Assembly: GCA_964490105.1 (NCBI GenBank)
Contig: CAZAZU010000001.1
Coordinates: forward strand, 22,706-86,705
Length of the DNA: 64,000 nucleotides
Direction of reading: 5' to 3'
From: an uncultured Gammaproteobacteria bacterium
GTDB lineage: Bacteria; Patescibacteriota; Microgenomatia; Levybacterales; UBA12049
The position numbers and the translations under genes were made by a program. This document shows, in pieces, positions 55,651 to 64,000 of this stretch. The first letter of the stretch is position 1, and every line of letters begins with the position of its first letter. The notes below the pieces were generated by a model, which saw nothing but the letters and a program-made list of their open reading frames with translations, was not told where the DNA came from and made no database searches.

Positions 55651-57894
55651 TTATTTCTTCCGATAAATGAAAACTAAAGTTGCCTTATCAGCTGTTACTT
55701 CATGAATCAATTTATATTCCTTTTTAATTTCACTATCATCAAATCCTTCTCTTAAAACATTAAAATAATTTACAACTACATAATCATATTTTTTATTTTC
55801 ATTATATTTTTCAGCCTGATATTCGCTGTAGTATGGAAAAGAATGGAGAGGAGAAATTGCAAGACCAACTTTAGAATCTTTAGGTGCATTATCTCTTAGA
55901 TAAATTCCGGCTTCTCTGTTTCCCTGACCCCACGATCCAATTTGGAAAAGACGGGAATCATAAACTCCATTTACTCCGCCTGGGAGAATATTAAAATAAT
56001 CCAAATAATATGGAGTTATGCTTTTTAGAATTATTAAAAAATAAATTATTAGAGCAAGGATAGCAAAAAATTTAATTTTAAATTTGTTTTTAAACATTTC
56101 TAGACTAAATTCAAGACCAATTGCTGCGATTAATGCTAGCGGAGCATAAACTTGAATAATGTAGCGAAGACCATGCTGTTTGAATGGATAAAGAGATTGA
56201 AAGAAGGGAAGCATGAACCAAACAAGTACTGCATATAGAACAAATTTTTTTCTAATATCTATCGCCTTCATTCCGATAAAAAATAAAGATATAATTAAAA
56301 ATGGCGTTGTTATTAAAAAGTAAACTGGGTAATAGACGATTGGCACCAGCATTAGTCTTCCAAAAAATATTTCAGGGGGAGGGAGTTTAACTTCATTTGA
56401 AAACCACATAGCTTTTTCAATGGCAATTGCATCGTTTAAATTTAAGAATGCCATAGGCCAAAGAAGAATAAATGTAATACAGGAAATTATAAAAATTGAA
56501 AACAGTGGTATGATTAATTGTTTTAAAAAAATTGTTTTATTTTTTTTATCTTTTAGAAAATACCAAATAAGATAAATTACTAAAAATAATGGATAAATAA
56601 AAATATTTGTTTGTTTTACTCCTAATGCGAGTCCAGTAAATATACCAGTCAAAAATAAAGTTTTATAAGAAAATTTATGGAGCAAGTTTACAAAAAGAAA
56701 AACCGATGCTGTAAAGAAAAACATCACGAGACTTTCAAGAGTCGCTAATTGAGAATACCCTAAGAATGTAGGTAGCATGCTTAAGATAATTCCAGCGGTG
56801 AACCCAACAAATGGAGAAATATATTTCCAACCAAAAAGTGCAATTAATATAACTGAAAGCGTAGAAAATAAAACAGCTACAAGTCTTGCATGGGTATAAT
56901 CATAGCTATAAATAGGTGTTCCATTTTTATCAAAATTTTGAATATCGAAAGAAGATGCAAGTCCATATAGATATCTACCAATCGGTGGATGATCAAAGGT
57001 AAATTTAAAGAATGGATTATTAAAATCTCCATCAATAATCAGATTATTCATCGTATATCCATTTTCAGAATATGCGCCTTCGTCCCAAGTCCTGCCCATC
57101 TCATTAAGATTCCAGAATCTTAGAGCTAGAGTTAGAGCGATTAGCAGGGAGATAGATATTATTTTTATGTTCCTGGGAGTTTTAAATCTAATTGCTAATA
57201 TATTTATTAAAGATGTTAAGAGTTCTCTATTTCCATATGATGATCTTCCAAATTGTCTTTCGACAAAAGTTGTTGGAACTTCAGAAATTTTAAAATTATT
57301 TTTTTTAAGTTTATATGCTGTTTCTGAAAGAACAATAAATCCGCTGGATTCAAGTTTTATTTGTACTAAAAATTCCAACGCATTTCTACTGTAGAGTCTA
57401 TAGCCATTTGTATAGTCAGAAAGCTTTAAGTTTAATAGTACACTTAAAAATTTGTTAATAATTTTACTCATCACAACCCGCCACATTGCCCATTTTATTA
57501 TTTTACTTTCTGATAAATATCTAGAGCCAACCACTAAGTCAGTATTATCTTTTTTTATTTTTTCGATAAAGCTTTTTGCTTCTTTTGGATCATGAGAAAG
57601 GTCTGCGTCCATCTCAAAAGCATGTGTTATTTTTTTATCTTTTAATGCAATTTTAAATCCTTCTATGACTGCGCTTCCTCTTCCCATCTTTTTTTTGCGA
57701 GGAAAATATATGACATTTTTTTTACCAGATTTTGAGAGAAGTTTTTTAATTTTATTTTTTTCTAGAGAATTTGAATCGTCAACGATTATTATTTTAGACT
57801 TTGGGTGATGCTTTCGAATTTTATTGATGAGAAGAATAATATTTTCTGACTCATTATAAGAGGGGATAATAAATGCAACATTAATTAATTTCAT
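55651..57894 (-). CDS. fusion glycosyltransferase: N-terminal GT2 (Dpm1/ArnC-like polyprenyl-phosphate sugar synthase) + C-terminal multi-TM GT-C (PMT/ArnT-like, GT39/83)
   Basis: IIPSYNESENI, IVDDSNS, EMDADLSHDP (GT2); then ~12 TM helices with first-loop DEGAYSENGY motif. Confidence 0.75.
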   Translation of the reverse strand: MKLINVAFIIPSYNESENIILLINKIRKHHPKSKIIIVDDSNSLEKNKIKKLLSKSGKKNVIYFPRKKKMGRGSAVIEGFKIALKDKKITHAFEMDADLSHDPKEAKSFIEKIKKDNTDLVVGSRYLSESKIIKWAMWRVVMSKIINKFLSVLLNLKLSDYTNGYRLYSRNALEFLVQIKLESSGFIVLSETAYKLKKNNFKISEVPTTFVERQFGRSSYGNRELLTSLINILAIRFKTPRNIKIISISLLIALTLALRFWNLNEMGRTWDEGAYSENGYTMNNLIIDGDFNNPFFKFTFDHPPIGRYLYGLASSFDIQNFDKNGTPIYSYDYTHARLVAVLFSTLSVILIALFGWKYISPFVGFTAGIILSMLPTFLGYSQLATLESLVMFFFTASVFLFVNLLHKFSYKTLFLTGIFTGLALGVKQTNIFIYPLFLVIYLIWYFLKDKKNKTIFLKQLIIPLFSIFIISCITFILLWPMAFLNLNDAIAIEKAMWFSNEVKLPPPEIFFGRLMLVPIVYYPVYFLITTPFLIISLFFIGMKAIDIRKKFVLYAVLVWFMLPFFQSLYPFKQHGLRYIIQVYAPLALIAAIGLEFSLEMFKNKFKIKFFAILALIIYFLIILKSITPYYLDYFNILPGGVNGVYDSRLFQIGSWGQGNREAGIYLRDNAPKDSKVGLAISPLHSFPYYSEYQAEKYNENKKYDYVVVNYFNVLREGFDDSEIKKEYKLIHEVTADKATLVFIYRKK

Positions 57895-57979
57895 ACAAAA
57901 TCAGAGAAAGTATAGCATATAAATAAGTGTGGAATGACTTGAAATAGAAATGTTTAAAAGTTATACTTTTTAGACCTTA

Positions 57980-59020
57980 ATGAAAAAGAAGATAATTATT
58001 GTTTTAGGGATTGTTTTGGTTTTGGTAAGTGGAATTTTAATACTTAACAAAAAATCAGATAATTCTGTATCCAGTCTTTTAAATAAAACTGCAGATGTAG
58101 ATGATTTAACTGGAGAAATGGATTCAGAGCCGCACGCTCTTTCTATAGAATCACTTCGTCAAGGGGACTATCCGGGTAGTGATTTGGTTTTAGAGCAGAC
58201 TTTAACTCCAGGTTCAAATTATTCAAGATATATAGTTAGTTATAAATCAGAAGGACTTAAAAATTATGCGCTTTTAACTGTTCCAAATGGAGAAGCGCCA
58301 GCAGGAGGGTGGCCAGCAATAGTTTTTAATCATGGCTTTATTCCACCATTAGAATATAGAACGACTGAGCGATATATCGCTTACACGGATGCATTTTCAA
58401 GAAACGGTTATGTTTTACTTCGACCTGATTACAGGGGGCATGGAAATAGCGAAGGGGAAGCGACTGGTGGATATGGATCAAATGCATATACCATAGATGT
58501 ATTAAATGCGCTGGCAAGTTTGAAGCGCTACCCCGGAGTTAACACAGAGAAAATTGGAATGTGGGGTCACTCAATGGGGGGTCATATAACTCTGAGGTCT
58601 ATGGTAGTCAATAAAGATATTAAAGCTGGTGTAATTTGGGCTGGAGTTGTGGCATCATACCCAGATCTTATAAATAATTGGAGAAGGGGAACTCCAAGAC
58701 CAACGATGCCTGGAGCTAGAAGAAGTTGGAGAGTAACTTTGACAGAGCAATTTGGTGCCCCTGAAAGTAATCCTGATTTCTGGAATTCAATTTCCTCAGA
58801 TTACTTCCTGGCTGATATTTCAGGACCAATTCAGCTCCATCATGGAACTTCGGACTCGTCAGTTCCTGTGGAATTCTCCAGAAAGCTTGAAGAAAAGATG
58901 AAATCAGCAGGGAAAACGGTTGAGTACTATGAATATCCAGGAGACGATCATGATATTACTGAAAATTTCTCAGTTGCCTCACAGCGTTCCGTTGAATTCT
59001 TCGATAAATACCTAAAATAG
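57980..59020 (+). CDS. membrane-anchored alpha/beta hydrolase (S9/dienelactone-hydrolase-like esterase)
   Basis: N-terminal TM; nucleophile elbow GMWGHSMGG; C-terminal Asp/His. Confidence 0.7.
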   Translation: MKKKIIIVLGIVLVLVSGILILNKKSDNSVSSLLNKTADVDDLTGEMDSEPHALSIESLRQGDYPGSDLVLEQTLTPGSNYSRYIVSYKSEGLKNYALLTVPNGEAPAGGWPAIVFNHGFIPPLEYRTTERYIAYTDAFSRNGYVLLRPDYRGHGNSEGEATGGYGSNAYTIDVLNALASLKRYPGVNTEKIGMWGHSMGGHITLRSMVVNKDIKAGVIWAGVVASYPDLINNWRRGTPRPTMPGARRSWRVTLTEQFGAPESNPDFWNSISSDYFLADISGPIQLHHGTSDSSVPVEFSRKLEEKMKSAGKTVEYYEYPGDDHDITENFSVASQRSVEFFDKYLK

Positions 59021-59060
59021 TGTTTATTTAGCCACCAAAAAGTGCTACGATTAGATTAGT

Positions 59061-60308
59061 TTGAGAAGTATTCTGTCCAAAATTAAGTCTATCGTAAAAC
59101 GTTTAATTACGCGTTTTAAGCAGTTAACTCGTAAGAAAAAAATTGTCGTAATAATTCTTGCTATAGTTTTGTCAGGGTTCCTCTGGAAGACAATTTCGAA
59201 CGCTACTAAAGAACCTCCCTATAAGCTTGAGAAAGCAAAAATTTCAAATATTGAGGAGATAGTATCAGAAACCGGAAATGTGGTTACAAATGGAAGAAGC
59301 GATGTTTACTCTCCGACAAATGGAATTGTTACTGAGATTCTCGTAAGAAATGGCGATATTGTCAAAGAGGGAGATGTAATTTTTAAAGTTGAGAGTTCGG
59401 CAAGTGAGCAGGAGCAAAAAGCTGCACAAGCAAATTATCTAGCTGCAGTTTCAGCATTAAATACAGCAAAAGCTTCTGCTAACTTACTCAGGTCTGAAAT
59501 GCTTGCAAATTGGCAAGAGTATAAAGACACAGCGACAAATGATATCTACGAAAATAGTGATGGGACCCCAAGAAATGATCAGAGAAGTTCTTCTGAATTT
59601 AACATCGCAAAAGATAATTGGTTAGCAGCGGAAGCCAAATATAAGAATCAGGAAACCGCTATAGCTGCAGCTGCAGCAAGTGTAAACTCTACAAACATTT
59701 TATATCAAGCTACGAAGGATGCTGTTGTAAAAGCACCTTCCTCAGGTACTGTTGCAAATCTTTCAGTGTCGGTTGGGAATGGAGTAAATATAAAATCAGC
59801 GGGCTCTGCAAATCCACCAGTTTTAACAATTGCTAGTATTTCGCTTCCTGAAGCTTCAATTTTACTTGGAGAAAATGACATAGTAAAGCTTTCTGAAGGT
59901 CAAAGTGTAAAATTAGATATTAGCGCAGTTGATGATAAAGAATATGGAGGAACAGTAGCAAGAGTTGATTCGATTGGTACAGAAAAATCAGGAGTTATGA
60001 AGTATTCAGTTTATATTCAAATTTTAGACTCTGATGGGAGGATTCGTCCTGGAATGAGTGTTGATGCAGACATTACAACTAAAAAAATTGAAAATGTACT
60101 AACAGTTCCAAATTCTTCAATTAAACCGTTTGAAGGAGGAAAAGCAGTTAGAGTTATTGATGAAAAAACAAAAGAAATAAAATTCATCCCAGTAAAAATT
60201 GGCGTTAGGGGACAATCGAGAACTCAAATAATTTCCGGAATTTCTGAAGGTCAGGAAGTGGTAGTCTCTCTTTCAAACGAAAATTTAAAGCGACCTAGTC
60301 TGTTTTAA
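59061..60308 (+). CDS. HlyD/MacA-type periplasmic adaptor (membrane fusion protein), TTG start
   Basis: N-terminal TM, lipoyl-like hairpin GIVTEILVRNGDIVKEGDVIFKV, beta-barrel; followed by macB-like genes. Confidence 0.8.
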   Translation: MRSILSKIKSIVKRLITRFKQLTRKKKIVVIILAIVLSGFLWKTISNATKEPPYKLEKAKISNIEEIVSETGNVVTNGRSDVYSPTNGIVTEILVRNGDIVKEGDVIFKVESSASEQEQKAAQANYLAAVSALNTAKASANLLRSEMLANWQEYKDTATNDIYENSDGTPRNDQRSSSEFNIAKDNWLAAEAKYKNQETAIAAAAASVNSTNILYQATKDAVVKAPSSGTVANLSVSVGNGVNIKSAGSANPPVLTIASISLPEASILLGENDIVKLSEGQSVKLDISAVDDKEYGGTVARVDSIGTEKSGVMKYSVYIQILDSDGRIRPGMSVDADITTKKIENVLTVPNSSIKPFEGGKAVRVIDEKTKEIKFIPVKIGVRGQSRTQIISGISEGQEVVVSLSNENLKRPSLF

Positions 60309-60310
60309 TA

Positions 60311-61006
60311 ATGGCAACAAAAACTCCTCTAATTAGTCTCGAGAATGTAGCTAAGAAATATCCCTTGGAAGATGGTGAATTTTACCAAGCTTTAAACGGA
60401 ATAAGTCTTAATATTAACGAAGGAGAATTCGTAGCGATAATAGGTCCCTCTGGATCAGGGAAATCTACCATGATGCATATTCTCGGAGCTCTAGATACTC
60501 CAAGCAGCGGAACGTACTTATTTAAGAACAAAAATATCTCAACATTTTCTGAAGATCAATTATCGGAAATTAGAAACAAGGAAATTGGATTTGTTTTTCA
60601 AGCCTTTAATCTTTTACCTCGTACTACTGTTTTTAAAAATGTGGAGCGTCCTATGATGTATGGCAAAATTCCGCAAAGTGAAAGAAATAAAAAAGTTATG
60701 GATGCCTTAACTTTAGTGGGGATTTCAGACAAAGCAAATAATCTTTCAAATCATATTTCAGGCGGACAGATTCAGAGAGTAGCAATTGCAAGAGCGCTAA
60801 TTATGGAACCCTCAATAATTCTTGCTGATGAGCCAACCGGTAATCTAGACACAAAAACATCTCATGAGATTATGCATTTTTTTGAAAAATTAAATAAAGA
60901 CGGTAAAACCATTATTTTAATTACTCACGAAACCGAAATAGCAGAATATGCTAAAAGAATTATAAAAATTGTTGATGGAAAAATAGTAAGCGACAGGAAA
61001 AAATAA
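60311..61006 (+). CDS. ABC transporter ATP-binding protein (MacB/LolD/FtsE family)
   Basis: GPSGSGKST, LSGGQIQRVAIARAL, ILADEPTGNLD. Confidence 0.92.
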   Translation: MATKTPLISLENVAKKYPLEDGEFYQALNGISLNINEGEFVAIIGPSGSGKSTMMHILGALDTPSSGTYLFKNKNISTFSEDQLSEIRNKEIGFVFQAFNLLPRTTVFKNVERPMMYGKIPQSERNKKVMDALTLVGISDKANNLSNHISGGQIQRVAIARALIMEPSIILADEPTGNLDTKTSHEIMHFFEKLNKDGKTIILITHETEIAEYAKRIIKIVDGKIVSDRKK

Positions 61007-61007
61007 A

Positions 61008-62219
61008 ATGGAATATAAAGAGTTGATAAATTCAGCGATCCAAGCATTAAAAAGTAACATTCTTAGAACATCTCTAACAATGCTTGGAATTATAATTGGA
61101 ATTACATCTGTAATTTTAATTGTCTCAATAGGCCAGGGAGCTGTCGCTTTTGTAACTAATGAACTCGCAACTTTTGGTACTAATGTTTTCTCTATTAACC
61201 CAGGGTCAGATAACTTTAGTAGCTTTGCAGGAGCAGATACATTAACACTAGATGATGTAGAGGCAATTGATGAGGACGAGTCTTTAACAAATGTAAAAAG
61301 TGTTGCTGCGATTTCAATGGCATCAGTTACAGTTGCAGCGAATGGAGAAGAAGACACCTTAAATGTTCAAGGAGTGACTCCTGAGATTTTAGAAATTTTA
61401 AAACCAGACATAATAGAAGGAGAATTTCTAACATCAGATAATGATCAAAGCGCTGATAGAGTAGTTGTGATGGGTTCAGACGCTGCTGAAACTTTTTTCG
61501 GTGAAGGAGCAAGCGTGGTTAATGAAACAATAAAAGTAGATAATAAAACTTTTAGAATAATTGGGGTAGCTAGATCTTCCAGCGCAATAGCAGGCGGAGT
61601 TTTAAATAATTCCTTGTATATTCCGCTAAGCGTTGTCAGGAATGAATTTCCAAATGGAGACAGGATTCAGGAAATTGATGTTAGCGTTGAAGATCCTGAT
61701 CAAATAAATCAAACCATGGACGATGTGGAGCTCTTGTTAAGAGATAGGCACGGCATTGATGAGAATGAAGAAAATGATTTCGTTATGCAGAGCTTTCAAG
61801 ATATTCTTTCAACGGTTCAAACAATTACGAATTTACTTACAGCGATGGTAGCTGGAATTTCAGCGATATCGTTGGTAGTAGGTGGAGTAGGGGTTATGAA
61901 TATCATGCTTGTATCAGTTACAGAACGCACAAAAGAAATTGGACTTCTGAAAGCAATTGGCGCAAAAGAGAAAGATATATTAACTCAGTTTCTTATCGAG
62001 GCAGTTGTAATGACACTTTTAGGTGGGTTAATTGGAATTATCCTCGGAGTTGGAGGAGCGTTATTAATTTCCTTAGCAGTGGGAATTCCATTTGCACTTA
62101 ACCCTCTTGCTATTGTCGCTGCAGTGGGAGTTTCAACTCTGGTAGGTGTAATCTTTGGGCTTTATCCAGCGCGCCGAGCCGCACGACTTTCTCCTATTGA
62201 TGCCCTTCGATACGAATAA
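61008..62219 (+). CDS. ABC transporter permease (MacB periplasmic domain + FtsX 4-TM)
   Basis: N-terminal TM, large extracytoplasmic domain, C-terminal FtsX-like helices. Confidence 0.85.
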   Translation: MEYKELINSAIQALKSNILRTSLTMLGIIIGITSVILIVSIGQGAVAFVTNELATFGTNVFSINPGSDNFSSFAGADTLTLDDVEAIDEDESLTNVKSVAAISMASVTVAANGEEDTLNVQGVTPEILEILKPDIIEGEFLTSDNDQSADRVVVMGSDAAETFFGEGASVVNETIKVDNKTFRIIGVARSSSAIAGGVLNNSLYIPLSVVRNEFPNGDRIQEIDVSVEDPDQINQTMDDVELLLRDRHGIDENEENDFVMQSFQDILSTVQTITNLLTAMVAGISAISLVVGGVGVMNIMLVSVTERTKEIGLLKAIGAKEKDILTQFLIEAVVMTLLGGLIGIILGVGGALLISLAVGIPFALNPLAIVAAVGVSTLVGVIFGLYPARRAARLSPIDALRYE

Positions 62220-62444
62220 TTAAATTCCTGAGATTTCAAATATTTTATTTCTAGATTTTTCTCCGCTGGTTAAAATTATATTATTTCGCTCAATTTTAAA
62301 ATGTTTTGAAAGAGCATTTATTATGGCAGCATTTGCCCGTCCATCAATTGGAGGTTCATTAACCCAAACATGAAGATCTCCAAGTAAATCTCCTTCAATT
62401 TTTGTTTTCTTAGCATTCGGATGTGCCACAACTTGAATAATCAT
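62220..62444 (-). CDS. DUF167 (YggU/UPF0235) family protein
   Basis: HPNAKKTKIEG...WVNEPPIDGRANAAIINALSKHFKI...ILTSGEKSRNK. Confidence 0.75.
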   Translation of the reverse strand: MIIQVVAHPNAKKTKIEGDLLGDLHVWVNEPPIDGRANAAIINALSKHFKIERNNIILTSGEKSRNKIFEISGI

Positions 62445-62484
62445 AAAAACATTTTACATTATTTACATTTGTTATACTTCATCT

Positions 62485-63642
62485 ATGCATCAAAACATAA
62501 AACTTCTTTCGTGGTTTAGTTTTTTTATAGATTTTAGATTTTATGCACCAGTTGCGATTCTTTACTTTGCAGAAATTTCTGGTTCCTTCGCTCTTGGGAT
62601 GAGTGTATTTTCAATTGTTACAATTTCTTCAGCATTCTTAGAAGTTCCAACTGGAATTTTTTCTGACAGAATTGGAAGACATAGAACTCTAATTTTAGGT
62701 TCTTTCGCTGGACTTTTATCTATGGTTTTTTACGCAATAGGGGAGTCATTTTTGATCTTAGTGATTGGATCACTTTTTCAGGGACTTGCAACAGCATTTT
62801 ATAGCGGAAATAATGACGCATTAATTCACGACAGTCTATCAGAGAATAATGAAGAGGCGAGATTTGGGGAGTTTTACGGAAAAATGGGGAAAATGTCTCA
62901 GATCGCTTTGGGAATATCAGCAGCTCTTGGTGTAGTTTTACTACTTATTGGTTCTTATTCTCTTTTAGTTTGGCTGTCTATAATTCCGCAAGTAATATGC
63001 TTTTTAATTGCATTTTTTGTCAAAGAGCCAAACGTGCATTCAAATAGATCTGGAAATATTTATAATCATCTAAAAGAAGCATTTCTCGGATTTAAACATA
63101 ATCCCAAATTAAGACTTATTAGTCTCTCCTCAATTATGGGGTATGGATTTGGTGAAGCAAATTATCAATTCCAAGCAGCCGTTTATAGTATGGTATGGCC
63201 GGCATGGGCGATTCCGATCGCAAAAATATTTTCTAATTTTGGAGCAGCTCTGAGTTTTCATTTTAGTCACAGAAGTATAAAAAAATTTGGAGAGTTAAAG
63301 ATGTTGGTAATAGGCAATGTTTACGCCAGGATTGCAACATCACTGGGTGCAGTTTATCCAACTATTTTTACTCCTATCATAATGTCTACGACTTCACTTT
63401 TTCTGGGCTCTACTGTGGTTGCAAAAAATTCGATAATGCAAAAAGAATTTAAACAAGAACAGCGTGCGACGATGGGTTCACTTGAGTCTTTTGCTGGCAG
63501 TTTGTTTTTTGGACTAGTAGCATTCAGCCTCGGTTTATTAGCAGATAAATTATCACCCGCAATGGCAATATTAATTTTACAAGGATTTCAGTTAAGTAAC
63601 CTCATTGTGTTTTACAAGTTTTCTAAGCTTCATAAAAATTAA
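62485..63642 (+). CDS. MFS transporter
   Basis: 12 TM; GIFSDRIGRHRTLILG motif A. Confidence 0.8.
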   Translation: MHQNIKLLSWFSFFIDFRFYAPVAILYFAEISGSFALGMSVFSIVTISSAFLEVPTGIFSDRIGRHRTLILGSFAGLLSMVFYAIGESFLILVIGSLFQGLATAFYSGNNDALIHDSLSENNEEARFGEFYGKMGKMSQIALGISAALGVVLLLIGSYSLLVWLSIIPQVICFLIAFFVKEPNVHSNRSGNIYNHLKEAFLGFKHNPKLRLISLSSIMGYGFGEANYQFQAAVYSMVWPAWAIPIAKIFSNFGAALSFHFSHRSIKKFGELKMLVIGNVYARIATSLGAVYPTIFTPIIMSTTSLFLGSTVVAKNSIMQKEFKQEQRATMGSLESFAGSLFFGLVAFSLGLLADKLSPAMAILILQGFQLSNLIVFYKFSKLHKN

Positions 63643-63704
63643 TCTTACGAATTGCTTACATAATTTAGCATTTTATTTTAACATCATTTCCCTAGAATAG
63701 CCTT

Positions 63705-63986
63705 ATGACAGATACAAAGAAACAAGATATAGTAAATCCAATAGCAGCAGCAGTAACTGGAGCCGCGCTCGGTGCAGGAGTAGCAATCGCTGGAGCTATC
63801 GCCTTAAAAGATGAAAAAAATAGAAAAAAAGTTAAAGAAGTCTTAAATAATCTAAAAGATAGGGGAGAAGAGATGCAGAAGGATTTAAAGAAAGACGCGA
63901 AAGATGCAAAGGGTGACGTTAACGGAAAAATAGATGAGGTTAAGGAAGATGCAGAAGATAAAAAACCAAAAGAACTGACATCATAA
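63705..63986 (+). CDS. YtxH-like small protein (Gly-zipper N-terminus, Lys/Asp/Glu-rich tail)
   Basis: IAAAVTGAALGAGVAIAGAIAL then charged coiled region. Confidence 0.5.
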   Translation: MTDTKKQDIVNPIAAAVTGAALGAGVAIAGAIALKDEKNRKKVKEVLNNLKDRGEEMQKDLKKDAKDAKGDVNGKIDEVKEDAEDKKPKELTS

Positions 63987-64000
63987 CCACTTAATTATAT

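Noticed and set aside
59061-59063. ATG start for the MacA-like adaptor
   Set aside because: The ORF-track start is TTG, with an in-frame stop 9 nt upstream and no downstream ATG before the TM helix. Accepted TTG start rather than inventing an ATG.
1-64000. CRISPR arrays, tRNA/rRNA genes, IS elements or integrases
   Set aside because: No regularly spaced direct repeats, no tRNA-like cloverleaf ends, and no transposase or integrase motifs were seen in any intergenic region or ORF.

Overview
This is a 64 kb window from an AT-rich bacterial chromosome, roughly 35-38% GC by eye. It is dense with housekeeping genes, almost all on the + strand. I saw no rRNA, tRNA, CRISPR array or transposase.

The lineage is probably a small-genome uncultivated group with Patescibacteria/CPR-like traits, but that assignment is weak. 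The traits are a short EF-Ts, tsf-frr adjacency with no pyrH between them, frequent leaderless genes and DUF2207/DUF1761 proteins.

Recognisable content, in order:
- Folate and one-carbon metabolism: CofE-like ligase, folA, guaB, guaA, glyA.
- Translation and envelope: rpsB-tsf-frr, rseP, msrB.
- Two tandem secreted polysaccharide deacetylases on the minus strand.
- An oxidative pentose-phosphate cluster (pgl, zwf, gnd), interrupted by hypothetical genes.
- proS, ddl, a DHH phosphoesterase, a HIT protein, and rpsU (which the ORF track missed).
- ybeY, dnaX, ybaB, prs, recR, cysS.
- A stress/two-component module: a KGG stress peptide, a YflT-like protein, an OmpR-type response regulator, a divergent aminotransferase-like gene, a GAF histidine kinase and a small acidic protein.
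- A PQQ sugar dehydrogenase, AlkD and an EEP nuclease.
- A near-complete purine de novo cluster: purK, purE, Nudix-purC fusion, purF, purN, purD, purS-purL fusion, purQ, purM.
- A fused GT2-GT39-like glycosyltransferase, a MacAB-like ABC exporter, a DUF167 protein and an MFS transporter.

The most interesting non-coding signals are:
- An exactly duplicated 26-bp palindrome-plus-(-35) promoter module. It sits in front of the purine operon and in front of a Pro-rich membrane protein gene.
- An exact 16-nt GC-rich motif repeated upstream of two promoters.
- A duplicated AT-rich inverted-repeat intergenic element.
- A 7-nt x4 tandem repeat inside the DHH gene.
- A pervasive TTGACA-17-TATAAT promoter architecture that ends 6-13 nt before the start codon, giving leaderless or near-leaderless mRNAs.

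Coordinates I derived by hand (rpsU, the small ORFs, promoters, hairpins) were anchored to neighbouring ORF-track ends but may be off by 1-2 nt.
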